Source of the DNA: Calcarisporiella thermophila CBS 279.70
Taxonomy: Eukaryota > Fungi > Calcarisporiellomycota
DNA length: 64,000 bases
Assembly (NCBI RefSeq): GCF_041956535.1
Contig: NW_027192209.1
Span: 384,092-448,091, forward strand
Direction of reading: 5' to 3'
The notes beneath the pieces are model-generated. The model saw nothing but the letters and a program-made list of their open reading frames with translations, was not told the origin of the DNA and did not search any database. Positions 31,583 to 47,197 of the stretch are shown in pieces. Both the position numbers and the translations under genes were made by a program. Within the stretch, counting starts at the first letter, position 1. Every line of letters starts with the position of its first letter.

Positions 31583-34500
31583 ATGTCTGGAAAACAACAA
31601 GCGTATATTAAAGAAATCGATAATGCACTTTGCAGTGCTAATTGGGATGCGATCTCTGAGCTAGTGAGACGCTATCGGAAACAAAATCCTAGTGATGCTG
31701 GTGAGCTTATTATAATCCACTTTGACAATGATTGAACCTAATTTGAAAACGAATATCTGCAATAGCTTTCGCTGATCTAGTATTACTTGAGACCCATATT
31801 TGTCAAGCGACAAGTCGGCTAATGAAAGAGCTCGGATTCTCGTACGAAAGCTACCTGAAGGACAGCCCAACTAATATATCCATAACGCCCCGTTTATCAG
31901 AAGAGAGAATCAAGAGCACGGTAGAAAAATTGAAGGAGTTATGTGAAAAATATACGAAAAAGAATAAAGTTGTAAGTTGTTTTATTCATACTATTTAGTT
32001 TGCTCATATTGTTTTAATTATTGGTTTAACATAGCATGCTACGATTGTTCTTGCACGTGCATATTTTTCGATTGGCGCTTGGCAAGAAGCATTGAAAGTA
32101 CTAGCGATGATAGAAATCCCGGAAAAATTGGATACTCTCGAGTATTCTCTGATCTTGATTGTGCAAGCTCACACTATCCGGGGTGTAAGCTCGGAGATGC
32201 TTGGAGATTATAATCAAGCTTTGGATGCTTATGAACAGGCAGTAATTTTGTTCAAAAAACATAATCTTGCAGAAAAACCGGACCAACTTATTGCATGGGC
32301 TGAGGAGAGTATGTATCGTGCTCCTCTGCTTAAATTGCGTTTAGGGTATATTTGTACTGCTTCATCTATTTAACTAAAGTATATTAATTATTTAATTATT
32401 TTTAGCGATACGGAAGGAGCACTGGAGTCACTCCGTGCCTATCACATCGAGGCCCAAAAATGGCCATCCCTTTTTCGTATTCACAAACGAGCAGTCATCT
32501 ATCGCCACTTTGCTAAGTCAGTATCCTCCTTTTTGCAAGATAACAAATCCCTCAGAGTTTCCCGTGAAGATATGTCAAGCTCGTCTCTGGAGTAAGCAAA
32601 AAAATTTTGCAATCTTGCACAAACTTGATTTATTATGAAGCTTACAAATCCAGAATTAGAGAGAGAATGTACCAGGAACTGACTGATGTATGCATTCAAT
32701 GGGAAAAGACATTATTTACAGTTACCAAATTTCCAAAATCAGGAGATGTGAATGATTTAATAATTGAGCTTGTAGAACATGAAATGGAGAATTTGAACAT
32801 GCTCGGAAATAACGATCTCAAAGAGCTACGTCGTGTTGTCGAGGTAAGTTTCATGTTCTCTATCTATATATTATCGGGTTTTAAATGCTTTGTATATATG
32901 AAGCTTTTGCATCGTGCAACTGAGAAGACCTTCAATTCTCCTTGCATTCTCCGTCATCTGGTTAAATGTTTGATAGTTTTGGGTGAATTTAATGAGGCAG
33001 AGCATGCAATTGACTCATATCTCGAACTTGTTGGGATGTCCAATGGGGAGGAAAACAAACCGGGCGACCACAAGAGGAAAGGCGAAGATCTGGAACCTGC
33101 TGACTTGATTACTTCCATTCTTTTGGTTGGAGCCAGGATTTCTGCGAAAGAATTCCAAAATGTATTTAAAGCAATCGCTGAGACACACAATAGAATTAAC
33201 TTGTTTATATTTAATTTAGGGCGAGAAATGTGTTCGATACTCAAAAAAAGCAATTGAGATCAGCAAATGTTACGATTGCAAGGGTGAAGCTGAAGCTTGG
33301 AGGTATCTTGGAGTTGGCTATAGTTTGCTTGCAAGCAATGGTAATTTTTATTAAAGTTAAATGTATTTTACGATTTAATAATTATTTTATAAGGATTTGA
33401 TCCTGAGGCAAGGTCCAGCTACCATTCTAAGTCTGTCGAAGCTTTAGACAAATCTATAAAGCTTGAGCCAAATATCTGGCAAACCCATTACCAACTTGCA
33501 ATCCAATACGCTGAAATACGTGATATTCCCCAGGCGATCTTATCGGTTCGGCAAGCCCTGACGCTACTCCCCACTCATGTACCCTCTTGGCATTTACTTG
33601 TACTTCTTTTCTCGTGCTCAAATCAAGGTGGTGTCCAGGAGGGTTTAAAATGGAGCGAGATAGCCATCAAAGAGCTAGAAAATGGTGAAAATTCGGCGGA
33701 ATTTTTTTCGCTTCGACTTACGCATGCGCAGCTTCTCGACAATGTGCATGGACCTGTATATGCGTTAGAGTCTCGCCGAGAGCTATTTGTACTTTTCTCT
33801 AAAATTTCATCTCTAAATACCTCACCTCTGGCTGCTTTTAATAATTTCTCAACCAAGCACGGCAGTATACGATCACGACTCAGCATAAATGGAGTCGGGA
33901 GATCTGTTAGTTTTGATGAGAATGGCGAAACTAGCTTAGATAAGATTATGAACGCTAAATCTGGTATGTTTAGACATAAATAATATTTGTTACTTGATAG
34001 CATAACTATATATGTTCTATCGTTTAGGTGCCCCAAAGAGAAGCCAGTCATATGGTGAACGCCTTATTTCAGATATCCAATCTTCTTCTTCGACTTTTTC
34101 TTCAGCAAATGGCCATTTTACATCCAAGAGTGCGACAATCCAAGAAACTGCTAAACACAAATACACTATGAAGCTATTAGTGAATTTATGGCTAATATCT
34201 GCATCAGCCTTCAGACGTGCAGGAAAGTATGAGGATGCGATAAAGGCTATTGAAGAAGCTGATAAAATTAGTTATGACGATCCAGATGTATGGTATCAGG
34301 TTAGTTCGCCATCAATTTTAGCCTTACTGTATTAATTTAGCAACTGTTGTATATTTCCTTATATAAAATAGCTAGCACAGTTACTTCTCGCTCAGCAAAA
34401 ACAAGAAGAAGCCACTTCCTCGCTGCATCGTGCTCTTGCTTTAGACCCTCATCATAATTTATCTAAGGTATTGCTTGCAGGAATATATTTCAAGAACCAT

Positions 34501-34768
34501 ATAGAGCTTGCAGAAGGGTTGCTTGAAAGTGTCACTAAGGGAGTTGGATGGGACTGTGCAGAAGCTTGGTAAGGACCAGGTTTCAGTTTATTATATTCAC
34601 GGTTGAATGCCTCTTACTCATCTTATCATGATATTTAGGCTTCTTTTGTCCAAATTGTACCAACAAATGGAGTTTTTCGAAAGAAGTAAATCATGCCTCA
34701 TATATGCCATGGAATTGGAGGCTTCTTGTCCAATTCGCCCTTTCCGTGTATTACCTCGTTGTGTTTAG
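31583..34768 (+). CDS. TPR scaffold of the PI4-kinase complex (Ypp1/TTC7-like)
   Basis: TPR repeats 'YQLAIQYAEIRDIPQAI', 'SWHLLVLLFS', 'LWLISASAFRR', 'GVGWDCAEAW'; C-terminus 'ELEASCPIRPF'. Confidence 0.8.
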
Positions 34769-35083
34769 GAGGAATATAATTAAATCGCTACATTTTCTTT
34801 TAGAATTGTTATCCTTTTGTAATGTTTATCTAAAAAAGCTTTTGCAAGAGTAATTCGTTAATTTATTTTATCTTCCTTTATACAATATCCTTGATATTAT
34901 TATATAATCTTGTATTGGCCTTTTAAATTATTTATAATGATATTTCTGTAAGCATACAGAAAGATTTTGGTTTTCCTATTTACTAAAATTACTAGTAGGG
35001 CAGTTGAAGCTCATATAAATTAACATATATCACAGAAAATAAGACACAGCAGATTCAAATAGATACGGGTAGAGGGACAGAAA

Positions 35084-36197
35084 TTAAAGCTTACAACGCT
35101 TGCCGCCTAAAGTTTTCCTTGGGTGTAGATTTTCATTGGTTGCAAACTTACATTGATTATAGTCGGTAAAATATGAAATAATAACATCAACCAACTGTTT
35201 AGAATATCCGGTGAAGTTGTGACCAGCGCCATCAAATAAATAGATTTTGTGATTTGGAATGATATTTGCGTAAGAGTGGGCATCGGTGACCGAAACTCTC
35301 TATTTATATGATTAATATGCTGATATCTTTACTCAACTACTTCGATATTTACCTTATCTTTCATCCCATGGCATGTTAAAACACTAGTTGTTTGCGGAAA
35401 ATCAAGCACTATAATAATCAGAATTTCATATTTAGATATCGGTTAAACAATAAATAGAGAACATGCAAGTCAAATTGAACTAACAATATGAATTATCCCA
35501 TTTTGCGTACTGTTCAATATTCTCTCTGGATACTTGTCTACTTATCCATTGACCGCGACTAAAATAGACTTGGTTATAATAGCCCTATAAAGATATCAAA
35601 TTAATGAATAAAATCCGAATGTATATTTAAAACATATAGGTACTCGCGTCTTAAGCTCCTCCTTAAAATTAGATATACTATTTATATAACTCCAAATAGC
35701 GGCCATATGATAGCGTCCGGCAATATTGACCATGATAGGAATACTACGTTCAAATAGGCAAGTATATTTCATACATGCAATGGAGCCACGAGAATGCCCC
35801 ACAAGCGCGTATATAAAATATCCTCTCTGCCTGAAATATTTTACTATATCCTTAAGATCTTCGACATCATCCTAGTAACAGAATTTATATTAGCACAAAT
35901 AGTGAAGAAAATATGTATAATATAATGATAGTCTACATCAATATTGCTATAACGTGTCATTCCATCGCTTTCGCCATTTCCTCGAAAGTCAAACCGAAAA
36001 TTATCAATGGGAAGATTTTCTGCAAGTAAACGTTGAAAGAGATAATTTTTATGCCCAAAGACTCCGTGACATATAATGATTAGCTTTTTTTTGCCAGATA
36101 TTTTGTCGATAGTAAATCCAGAAGCAGGACGCGATTCTAAGATGCCGAACAAGCGTTCATTACGTTGCGTCCGTATTATAATTCTATGTGGCATCAT
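35084..36197 (-). CDS. Alpha/beta hydrolase with a C-terminal PTS1-like tripeptide (-CKL)
   Basis: IICHG, RFDFRGNGESDG, nucleophile GHSRG, LTCHGMKD, GAGHNF; ends ...GGKRCKL*. Confidence 0.85.
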
Positions 36198-36547
36198 GGA
36201 ATTCTAATGGTTATATTTAAACTGAGAGTTGAAGTATTCACGTGGAATAACTTTGCAAAACATTGGCAGTCACATCTTTTAATTTAACCAGAGAAATATC
36301 TGTGGAGATATAGAAGCAATTGAATAATTTGTTTGAACTACGTTAAGGCATGTGATATAAAAGCTAATATGGTTTTCGAATATTCGACTGCCAAATTTTC
36401 CAATGTTTTTCCCCATAATATAAAGCCATTTTGCTGCGCCTTGTAATTTTGAATTTTATATTCTAATTCGCCTCTCGTCGCGTTGCATCTATTAATATTT
36501 TTCATTTTCAAACTGAAATACATTTATAGAGAGAGACTTCATCAGTT

Positions 36548-37271
36548 ATGAATGGTACAAATGGATTGGTTGGGGTAAGTTTTTTATTATCTCTATTATC
36601 TTGGTTTATAATTTTTATGGATTGATATATTAGGACCCTGCTATCTCCGAAGCATACGAAGAGGTGCGATCTGACAAAACGGAGACCAACTGGTATGAAA
36701 GTATTTTATATTACGCGTTAAATTTGAGAAATTAACACAAATACACTCATATTAGGTTGCTTCTAGAGTTTGCACCCACTAAACCTGATAGATTAATTGT
36801 CGCCGGAACGGGGACTGGAGGGCTTAAGGAACTTGTCACTAAATTGCGAGATGACCAGGCTGCCTTTGGCTATGTTCGGTAAAATACCAATTTGGTATCG
36901 TGGGATAAGCGAAAAGTGCATTAGAATAACTGTTTATTTTACTCATCTCTCTTTGCTAGCATGAATTTTGCAAATGATGAATACAGTCAGCGTGTTAAAT
37001 TTGTCCTAATAAATTGGTGCGGACAAAGTGTCGGCGTTATGAGAAAGGCCAAATTAAGTGTAACTTATTTAATATCTTCCCTTATGAAGGGTGCAGTAAC
37101 TTTAGAAATATAACCTACTAATAGATTCAAACCTCAGAGGTCAAGCATGTCTTACGTAGTTTCCACATTGAAGTCCCGGCATCACATGCAGAAGATTTGG
37201 ACGAAAAAGATATAATGTTGCATTTAAAACGCTGTGCTGGAGCTAACTATGATGCACAGCAGAACCACTAG
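36548..37271 (+). CDS. Coactosin-like ADF-H actin-binding protein
   Basis: DPAISEAYEEVRSDKTETNW, GTGTGGL, AAFGYVR, SQRVKFVLI.WCG..V..MRKAK, AGANYD. Confidence 0.85.
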
Positions 37272-38152
37272 TAATAAATCAGCAAATTTTTAAGAAAAAA
37301 TATAAACTATACCAAATTGTTTTGTCAAATAGCAATTGACCGATGAAAATAAGAATGCAGAGGAAAATTTGATGATAGACAACTCAATAATAAGCAATGT
37401 GATCAGGGTAATTAACTATAGCTTTATCTATTAGGCGGAATGTTTACAGCAGTTGTCAAAATTTTTCTAAGTGTAGGGCAAATCTTTAAATTTGACAATT
37501 GTTTAGTAAAAGATGTTGAAAAATATTAAGGAGATATGAGTAAGCTGAGTAATTTCTTGTGACTGAACATCAGATTCCATAAAATATATCTATTAACCTT
37601 TTATGCTCGTTGTATCTAATGATGATTTTCATATGAGATATGCTTCTTTAATTATAATCTTTAGCTTGCACCAACTCTTATACTGGAATCACCAATTTCT
37701 TCGAGCTCAAGGTTATTTTTTGAGGCTACTAAACGCTCATTTAAGGAAATTTGTAGTAAAACAGAGCAAGATTGAAAGACTAGAGGTATTTGTTTTAAAA
37801 ATTTATAAATTGACTCTAATGGGGTTATTCATATATTATTTTCCTTGGATGTTTTTAAAAGTTCATAAAGGCGAAAATTTTAATGAAAATATAATTTTCT
37901 ATGAAGAATTTTATTTAATATTTTATTTCATAACTATTCTAAAGATTCTATGCACAGCCATATATATCCATATACTGTAAATAGAGAGATATTTGGTATT
38001 CGTGAGAGCATTTGAAATCAAAGCTCGAATCTTGAAATTGCAAGCAGCCACAATTACGGTAAACAAAGTCCCATCGAGTCTGGTTATCCAAAGAGAGGCA
38101 ATTCTTTTTTTTTTTTTCATTATATTTATTAAAATTTCGAGATCTAAATAAA

Positions 38153-39082
38153 ATGGCAGTTCGTGAGTTATCAATTTGCATCATTCATCACTAACTGTTT
38201 CGTTAATTATTTTCATTAAATCGGAATACTAGGTGCCCAATTCGAAAATAGTAATGAGATCGGTGTTTTTTCACGCCTAACGAACTCGTACTGCTTGGTA
38301 GCAATCGGAGGCTCGGAAAACTTCTACAGTGTATTTGAGGCCGAACTAGGTGATGTTATTCCAGTTGTGCATACTTCGATCGCTGGAACTCGCATCGTTG
38401 GTCGCCTAACTGCAGGCAACCGACACGGTCTATTAGTACCCGCCACTGCCACCGACCAGGAACTCCAGCACTTACGCAATTCCCTTCCCGACAAAGTCGC
38501 CGTACAGCGTGTGGAAGAACGTCTATCGGCTCTTGGAAATGTGATTGCTTGCAATGATTATGTAGCATTGGTGCATCCTGATATTGATAGAGTAATTTAA
38601 AATTGCACCTTAATGTTAGTAAGCTTTACTAATTTATCCTAATTTTGTAGGAAACAGAAGAAATTATTGCTGATGTACTTCAAGTTGAAGTGTTCCGGCA
38701 GACTGTAGCAGATAATGTACTGGTAGGCAGCTATTGCTCATTTAGTAATCAGGGTGGTCTGGTAAGTTGAGATTGACAACATTCAGAGTAAAGTAGATAA
38801 CTAATATTATATTTATTAACTCAGGTTCATCCACGAACTAGCATTCAAGACCAAGATGAACTTTCTTCTCTCTTGCAAGTACCTCTTGTCGCTGGTACAG
38901 TGAATCGAGGTTCGGATGTTATTGGTGCAGGGCTAGTAGTAAATGACTGGTGTGCATTTGCGGGGATGGATACTACCTCTACTGAGCTTTCCGTTATCGA
39001 GAGCATATTCAAGTTACAGGAGGCACAGCCAACTGCTATTGTCAACGAGATGCGCGATGCACTAGTTGATAACTATTCATAA
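38153..39082 (+). CDS. TIF6: Eukaryotic translation initiation factor 6
   Basis: [63 protein letters not shown]. Confidence 0.97.
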
Positions 39083-39244
39083 TTGCTTTCACTTTCCAGA
39101 AATCATGAATAATCTTAGCACCACATGAAAAAATAAAGTTTTTTTGTTTGATTTAAATTTTTAATATTTATTCTTGTTCTAAAGAAAAAAATTTTGCGTC
39201 ACAAAATAATCCACTTTAATACCATACTAATATGAACAGTTCGT

Positions 39245-41411
39245 TTAAGGAGTGCAACGGCCAGTAAAGCGGGGATATAGAGAGCATTCACGAATAGTAT
39301 AACGGTTAAGCATATAAGCAAGGAATCTCTCAAGTCTAAAGTAAGAATGTCAGAATGTAAACAAGTCATTTTATATACTATCATAAAGTAATAACATACC
39401 CTAACCCGAATCCACCGTGTTCAGTGGTGCCGTATTTACGCTGATCGGTATACCAATAGTAAGGAGAAGCATCAATTCCCTCTTTCTTATAAGCTGCCAA
39501 AAGCTCATCCTAAAATAGCCTAATTATTAGCATAAAAAATGCGACTGCAAAATAATCTGATAACGTACCAGATCTGAAATCCTCATACTTCCACCAACAA
39601 TCTCACCAACTCCTGGAAGCAATACATCAACTGACTCAGTTAATCTATTGTCTTCGGGACATCGCTTCATGTAAAACGCCTTAATCTCTGAAGGGAAACG
39701 ACAAAGCATAATAGGGCGACCAATTTTATCAGTCATTTGGCGCTCAGGAGCTTCAGGAATATCTTCGCCAAACTCATAGAATGTGCCATCCTCCTTTGTG
39801 ATGTTGTTCTCGCGCAGATATTTAATCGCATCTGCATAGTCCATTCGAAGGAAAGGCTGCTTTGGTACTTCAAGTTGTGGGTTGAGCATGCGAACTATCT
39901 CCGCTATCTTAGGATTTTCAAGAGCGCTCTTGACAGTGAAAACAATCTAAATAAAATTATACTGTATTAGTGCGAAATCTTTTATATTATAAAAGTTTTT
40001 CAGTATCACCATATCTTCAATTAAGTTCAGTAGATCATTGAAGTCAATAAAGGCCATCTCCGCCTCAACATGTGTATATTCGGAAAGGTGACGGCGAGTA
40101 TGAGACTTCTCTGCGCGATATGATTCGGCCATGCAATAAACATCACCCAGAGATGGCAGACATGTTTCAAGGTACAGCTGAGATGATTGAGTGAGGTAGG
40201 CCTAATGAAAAGGTGACCGAGGTATTAAAACGATGCACTACAAAATGAAATATCAATAGCATGCACGTACTTTTTGTCCATAATAGTCAAATTCGAACAA
40301 TGTGCTTCCACCCTCTACCTGGGTCTGCACCATACACGGTGGGGTGACCTCGTGGAACCCACGATTGTCGAAGAATTCGCGCATAGTTTTCAAAACTTCA
40401 GAACGAACACGTAAAACAGCTGAAGCCTGCTCTCCACGAATTACCAAATGGCGCTGGTTGAAGAGGACATTGGGGTCAGATTCTTCATTAAGCTTGTTAC
40501 CAATTGCCTCATCGCCACCAGGAGCTTTATGGATACACTCCCAGTAATCAACAACTAGTTCATGATTGTCAGGTGCCTATTGAAAAATATTGCTGGAGTT
40601 AGATATGGATTTTTGATTATTTTCAAATCTAAATATTATTCACCTTTTTACCCTCAGGCAATTCATTAATAACACCGTATACTGTGATAGTCGACTCCAA
40701 ACTGAGGGTGATTGCGTCATAAGTGTGGCACTATGCAATGGATGAGTACTTAGCGAAAGCTATGGATTTACTATCAAGTTACTTACAAGCTTTCCAGTCA
40801 TTACACACTGAATATATCCAGAGCCATCTCGCAGCACAATAAACTTCATGTCCTTTCCTTGTGTACGTAAACGATGCACCCATCCAGATATTTTCACACG
40901 AAGTTTACGGTTTTTGATACTTTCCCTAATTTTAATTTTCTTTGCTTCCGGAAGAGATGCATCTTGTTCTAGTATGATGCTCTTTGCCTCTTCAAGCCGC
41001 CTTGCCTCTTCTTCTGCTTGAGCTTTCGCCTTTTCAGCATCTAGCGCACGCTGTTCTTCCAGGCGTTTTTGCTTGCGCAGCTGGGCATCTAAAAGCTTTT
41101 TCGCTTTCTTGAGCGCAGCACCAGAAATGTCTTTATAATTCTCTTCAGCCGATTTTCGCACCTGAATGCGCACCGTATCGCCATGCTTCTCCAAGGCTTT
41201 GACTGTAGTTAGGTATGGCAACTCTTCAGTTCCATTTCCATTCTCGTCATTTCCAGAAGTTTCATCCACAAAAGCAAAGGGACCTTAAACAAAAGAGTTA
41301 GGGGGAGGTTAATTTCTGAATCTCAAGAGCAAAATGGAGCCTTATTTGTGCTAAATTACCATCTTTAAGGTCCAGCTTTTCTACAGATGCTGACATGTCT
41401 TTGATTGTCAT
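39245..41411 (-). CDS. DED81: Cytosolic asparaginyl-tRNA synthetase
   Basis: [75 protein letters not shown]; alternative in-frame ATG at 41396. Confidence 0.96.
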
Positions 41412-41894
41412 TGGATCTTTTACTGTTTAAATTAAATTATAAGTAAAAGGAGAGAAAATATTATCAAAGTGACAATTTATGAATTTTTGTTGACACATTG
41501 CATAAATGCATACGCTCTGCGACTGGGATCCAAAATACAATGGATTTTTCCTATTCATAAATTGCGTTTAAATTCAATAACAATCTCAATAGCAATAGAA
41601 TATCTGGAAATAAGAATGTATTGTCTGTAGGTCATCAAACCAAACTTTGGCTCTCCACAATAAAGATAATTACTTGCTTCCGAAAAGTTTAGAAAAGTGA
41701 TACAAAATATAAAGCAATAGCATTCAGAGGCATATATGATAATAAACCGAAAATATGTACTTTCCATATTTTCATGTCGTCAAGAATTATAACCACAGTA
41801 TTTAAATACAATTATAGGAAAAATTGGAAGTGTTATAGCGCAGTGATATTGAGTTCCAGGAATACTTATATTACTCTATGCTGAAACTCATATA

Positions 41895-43348
<1,454 letters not shown>

Positions 43349-43723
43349 AGTTGTAGTAGCTTCAATATATACCCTAGAGTTAGTATCAAAATTTAAATCG
43401 TCTAACTTTACCAACTCCGCATCTATTAAATCAAATAAAAAAATGAAAAAAAAACATAGCTAAACTTGTTAATACTCTATATATTTAATAGCGGAATGAT
43501 ATGTTCATATGTTTGCAGAAATTAAATGAAAGTCCTAGAATATAGGTTAGATAAGATTTTTTGAAGCCAAAGGGAATTTTTATTTAGAAATATAACAAAA
43601 ATATTTCATAGCCAAGTGATAATCCATAAAAATATTGAGAAAAATCGTTGAAAATGAAGTGTAAAGAAGAATGGTTATAGGAAACGAAGAAAGTATAAGA
43701 GATTTATAGTCCCCGTATACCAA

Positions 43724-44804
43724 CTAGCGCTGTCGTGCCTGTAGTCGATCGGCAAGTTCCCGTCGGATCTCTTCTTGACGCCGTTGATCTGCCAATGAAG
43801 TCACAGCGCGCAACTCGTTTACTACATCCTTAGTTTTTCCAAAATATACCTCTTGTAATGAATTGCGCATTCGCAATTCCATATCTTCAATCATCCGACC
43901 AAGGTTCGCTATATGAGCCTGTTGCCCTTCAGCGATAGATAAATCTTGCTCGGCCTGCCTTGTTAGACTACCTGACAAATTCATCTTGCCAACATCTCTA
44001 TTATTCATAAATAAGTAGAGCATAACTGTGGACGTGAGCTTATAATGCGCGCTACGACCACGTTCTTGTGCTTCAAAAACATGAATTGAATCCCAGCCGC
44101 CCCTTTCTCCATCGCTTACTGAAATTAAAGAAAAGAAATTTGCATGAAAGGAAAATCCTGATATAGAGAATAAATTTTTGATCTATTATAATTACCTTTT
44201 TTATCAGGACAACTCCGGCAAAACCGTCATCGAGATCCCAAAGATAAACAGACGACACACCACCATCATAGTACCTATAAATGAAGCGAAATTGTTATAC
44301 GAAAAATGACTTGGATGGGAACTAATTTTATATTTTACATGTCACGGAATGTATCAAAGGCTTTATTTGCCATTATTTCCAGCTTGCGAAGGTCGGGTGA
44401 AGGTGTTGTTCCATCGGAAAGAGGAGGATCATATTCATTTGAATGAGGCGACCTTCAGAGATAAGTAGCACGATAAAAACGCTAGTTCATGAAAACACGA
44501 ATTTGGTTTTTCTCTACCTGTAAGAGTCTCCATCACGATTGTAGTCGCAGATGAGATATTCTGCACCTGTCTGTTTGCAGCTACGAACTTTGAGAGGTTG
44601 GTCAATGGAAGATAGAAGGTCATCTGTTAGATGTGGAACGAGGTCAATGAGATGTGCTAGATTCTCCTCCGTATTTTGAGGAGGAAGTCTGCGCATAAGA
44701 TCCAGCGCGCAATCAAATTGGTTATCAACCTATATAAAAGCCAACACCAATATATCAAAAATAAGCCCAATGCCACATCTCTCTCTTAAATTCAACCATA
44801 CCAT
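43724..44804 (-). CDS. CAP2: F-actin capping protein beta subunit; apparent 1-nt deletion in an A-run at 44197-44202
   Basis: ATG-only first exon; [55 protein letters not shown]. Confidence 0.93.
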
Positions 44805-44959
44805 CGTTAATCTAGCTACTTTAGTCGAGCCACTTTAAAATAAGAAAATTAGAAAACGCGATTTCCCCTTTAGTTTCGATTATTTGAGTGGCTTATGAAA
44901 AAGGGGTGTTTGAATATTCACTTTGCTTCCTTACCTATAGATCTTAACCTTATAATTAA

Positions 44960-45720
44960 ATGAACCGCAATTCTGTACTAAGATTGAGAGCATTCGCTCT
45001 AACATCAACTCCTAGATTTAAGTCATTACCACCTGCGCGACTAAATATTTCATATTGCCCGTCTTCCCACTTCTATTCTTCGTCCTCTTCTTCGTCTTCG
45101 TCTTCGTCTTCCTCATCGTCTTCACCTCCTGGAGGTAAAAACACAGAGCGACGACAGTCTCCAGCGACAGTTTCTTTCACTCCTGTAACAGAAATTCCCA
45201 ATTTTACAGAGAAAGAGCTTGCTCAATGCCGATTTTATGCACTACACCGCCCACTTTTTGATATTGGAAATGACGAACGGGTTAAATACGATCGGATAGA
45301 AGAAAAAGATGATAGTAAGTAACACAGCGCCTTTGCAATTTTTTATTTTTTTTTTCATTCTCACCTGTATAAATTATAGGCGATGAAGCACTTGCTAGGT
45401 ATTTTTCAGGACTGCGTCCATTCGAGCCACCGAATCAATCTCAAAATTTCAAATTTTCTGAGCTATCTCAAGTGCAAGCAGACCAGGCTCAGTATAGCCC
45501 CTTTGTGGATATATTGGAGGCCAGTGAACTAGATGATAATTCTACAGCTGTAGTGGAAGAATTTCTATCCGATGGGCTGCAACGACTATCAGTATCTCCC
45601 ATGCTTCAGAAAATGGAACTTACTAGTGTGCGAAGGAAAAGAAGGTTGAAGATGAACAAGCATAAATACCGGAAATTGCGAAAGCGAACAAGAGCGCTTA
45701 GAAAGCGCCTGGGTAAATAA
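44960..45720 (+). CDS. Mitochondrial small ribosomal subunit protein mS38/Cox24 (DUF1713)
   Basis: Presequence; 'FYALHRPL'; C-terminal 'SVRRKRRLKMNKHKYRKLRKRTRALRKRLGK'. Confidence 0.88.
45077..45124 (+). repeat. Imperfect (TCN)16 coding repeat (poly-Ser)
   Basis: 16 consecutive Ser codons in mS38 exon 1. Confidence 0.9.
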
Positions 45721-45864
45721 TATCTATAATGTGTATTAATTCCCTTTTTATTCCTCTTCCTTTATTTCTCTGCAATGAGCTTTTTTTATGTTCTATTTAT
45801 GTGTTGGAAAATATATAGAAGAGGGGATGTTTTTTTTGGAATAAAGAGTATATAAATAAGGTCA

Positions 45865-46836
45865 TTAATTCATTACAGAACGTGCTGCTTCTATTGCATT
45901 TCGCAATTTCGTCTTGTCTTTGGTATAGTGATAATCAAGCTGCTCCTGAGAGTACCGGTATGGGCAGGATTTTCCTCCAACAAAAGTAGCAGCATAATCC
46001 CTCATCTCTACCCATTTTACATAATCATGAGTTTGACGCGAGAAGCCTTGGTGAGTGCCTTTCCCATAAGTCCCGTATGTTTTCAGAATGTCATCCAACA
46101 TCGATTTGAGTTGCTCATCCCCCTGTGGAAATGGATGTGTGAGAGGGGGATCATTGATATCCTGTAGCGGAGGGCCATCTATATCAATAATAACTTTATA
46201 TGGGTATTAATGTTCACCTAGAACTGTGCTACACAAACTTTTCAGTCATTAACTAATTTACCAACTCCTCTCAGAGCAATCCATGGTCCATAGTCTTGGT
46301 GCAAACAAAGAATCTGATTGTAGTAAGCGAGATGTGCTTCATGTGCTAATCTTTGAAAAGCCACAAACCGCTCGTCTTTATCATAGGTATATCGCAGCTC
46401 ATATTTGATATTTTTGGCACCAATAATGTTTTCTACAACTTTCTCAATACATCGAGTAGAGTAGGTATCTACTGGATGATTATCGATACAAATGTCTTTA
46501 GAGGAGACAAGGTAATTTATGAAGATCGGCCAAAAATGTCGCGTATTTCCGATAACTAATTCAAATATTTGATATATCAATTCAATACAAAAATATCTCT
46601 GTTAATTCTTACCTACAGCTAGGGTCGATTTAGAACGACCAAAAGTAGGTAAATGGGCGGATACTGTTGGAGGCAAAGATGTATTGTACCTGAAAGAAAA
46701 ATGTTTAGTAATCGGATCCTAATAAAAGGGGATATGAAATATCTAATTACCTTTGAACTGGGAATGCCTTGACAAGGTCAAAGCCCAACGGGTATAGGAG
46801 TGCTTGAAATTCCTTAGTAATGGAACGCCAGTTCAT
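45865..46836 (-). CDS. MMACHC: Cobalamin-processing enzyme CblC/MMACHC-like (cyanocobalamin reductase / alkylcobalamin dealkylase)
   Basis: Spliced protein shows LYPLGFD...FPVQRYN, TLAVVIGNT, HPVDTY, FQRLAHEAHLAYY, LCLHQDYGPWIALRGVVII, W..MRD, RYSQEQLDYHY; same motif order as animal MMACHC; 3 GT-AG introns. Confidence 0.85.
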
Positions 46837-47197
46837 CAATAAAACTCAGGAACACTATCCATTGAAACGAATTTGAAAATCTGTGACTACTTATAACAAA
46901 AACTACGTGATAATAGAATAGATACTTGGTAGAATATTGAACAGAAAAAACTATTTCTCAAGATAGTCTATCATACGTTAGCTAAAAGAGCAACATACGA
47001 AGGCTGATTTTATGCGTTCCTTTTCGTTTTTGCTCTTTACTTGAATGGTGAATGAAACTCTAGGAGTTATTCAAGAATATATCAGCTGTATTTAAATTTA
47101 AAAATCGTACTATATTGGAGTGAATTAATAAAAACGTATACGTGTAAAAACCAGAGCCGTTAATACTTTTCTCAACTGGCAAATCCCTTTGTTTATT

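Noticed and set aside
37603-38184. ORFs of 78-125 aa between coactosin and eIF6
   Set aside because: AT-rich, F/I/K/L-biased and without motifs; typical spurious intergenic ORFs.
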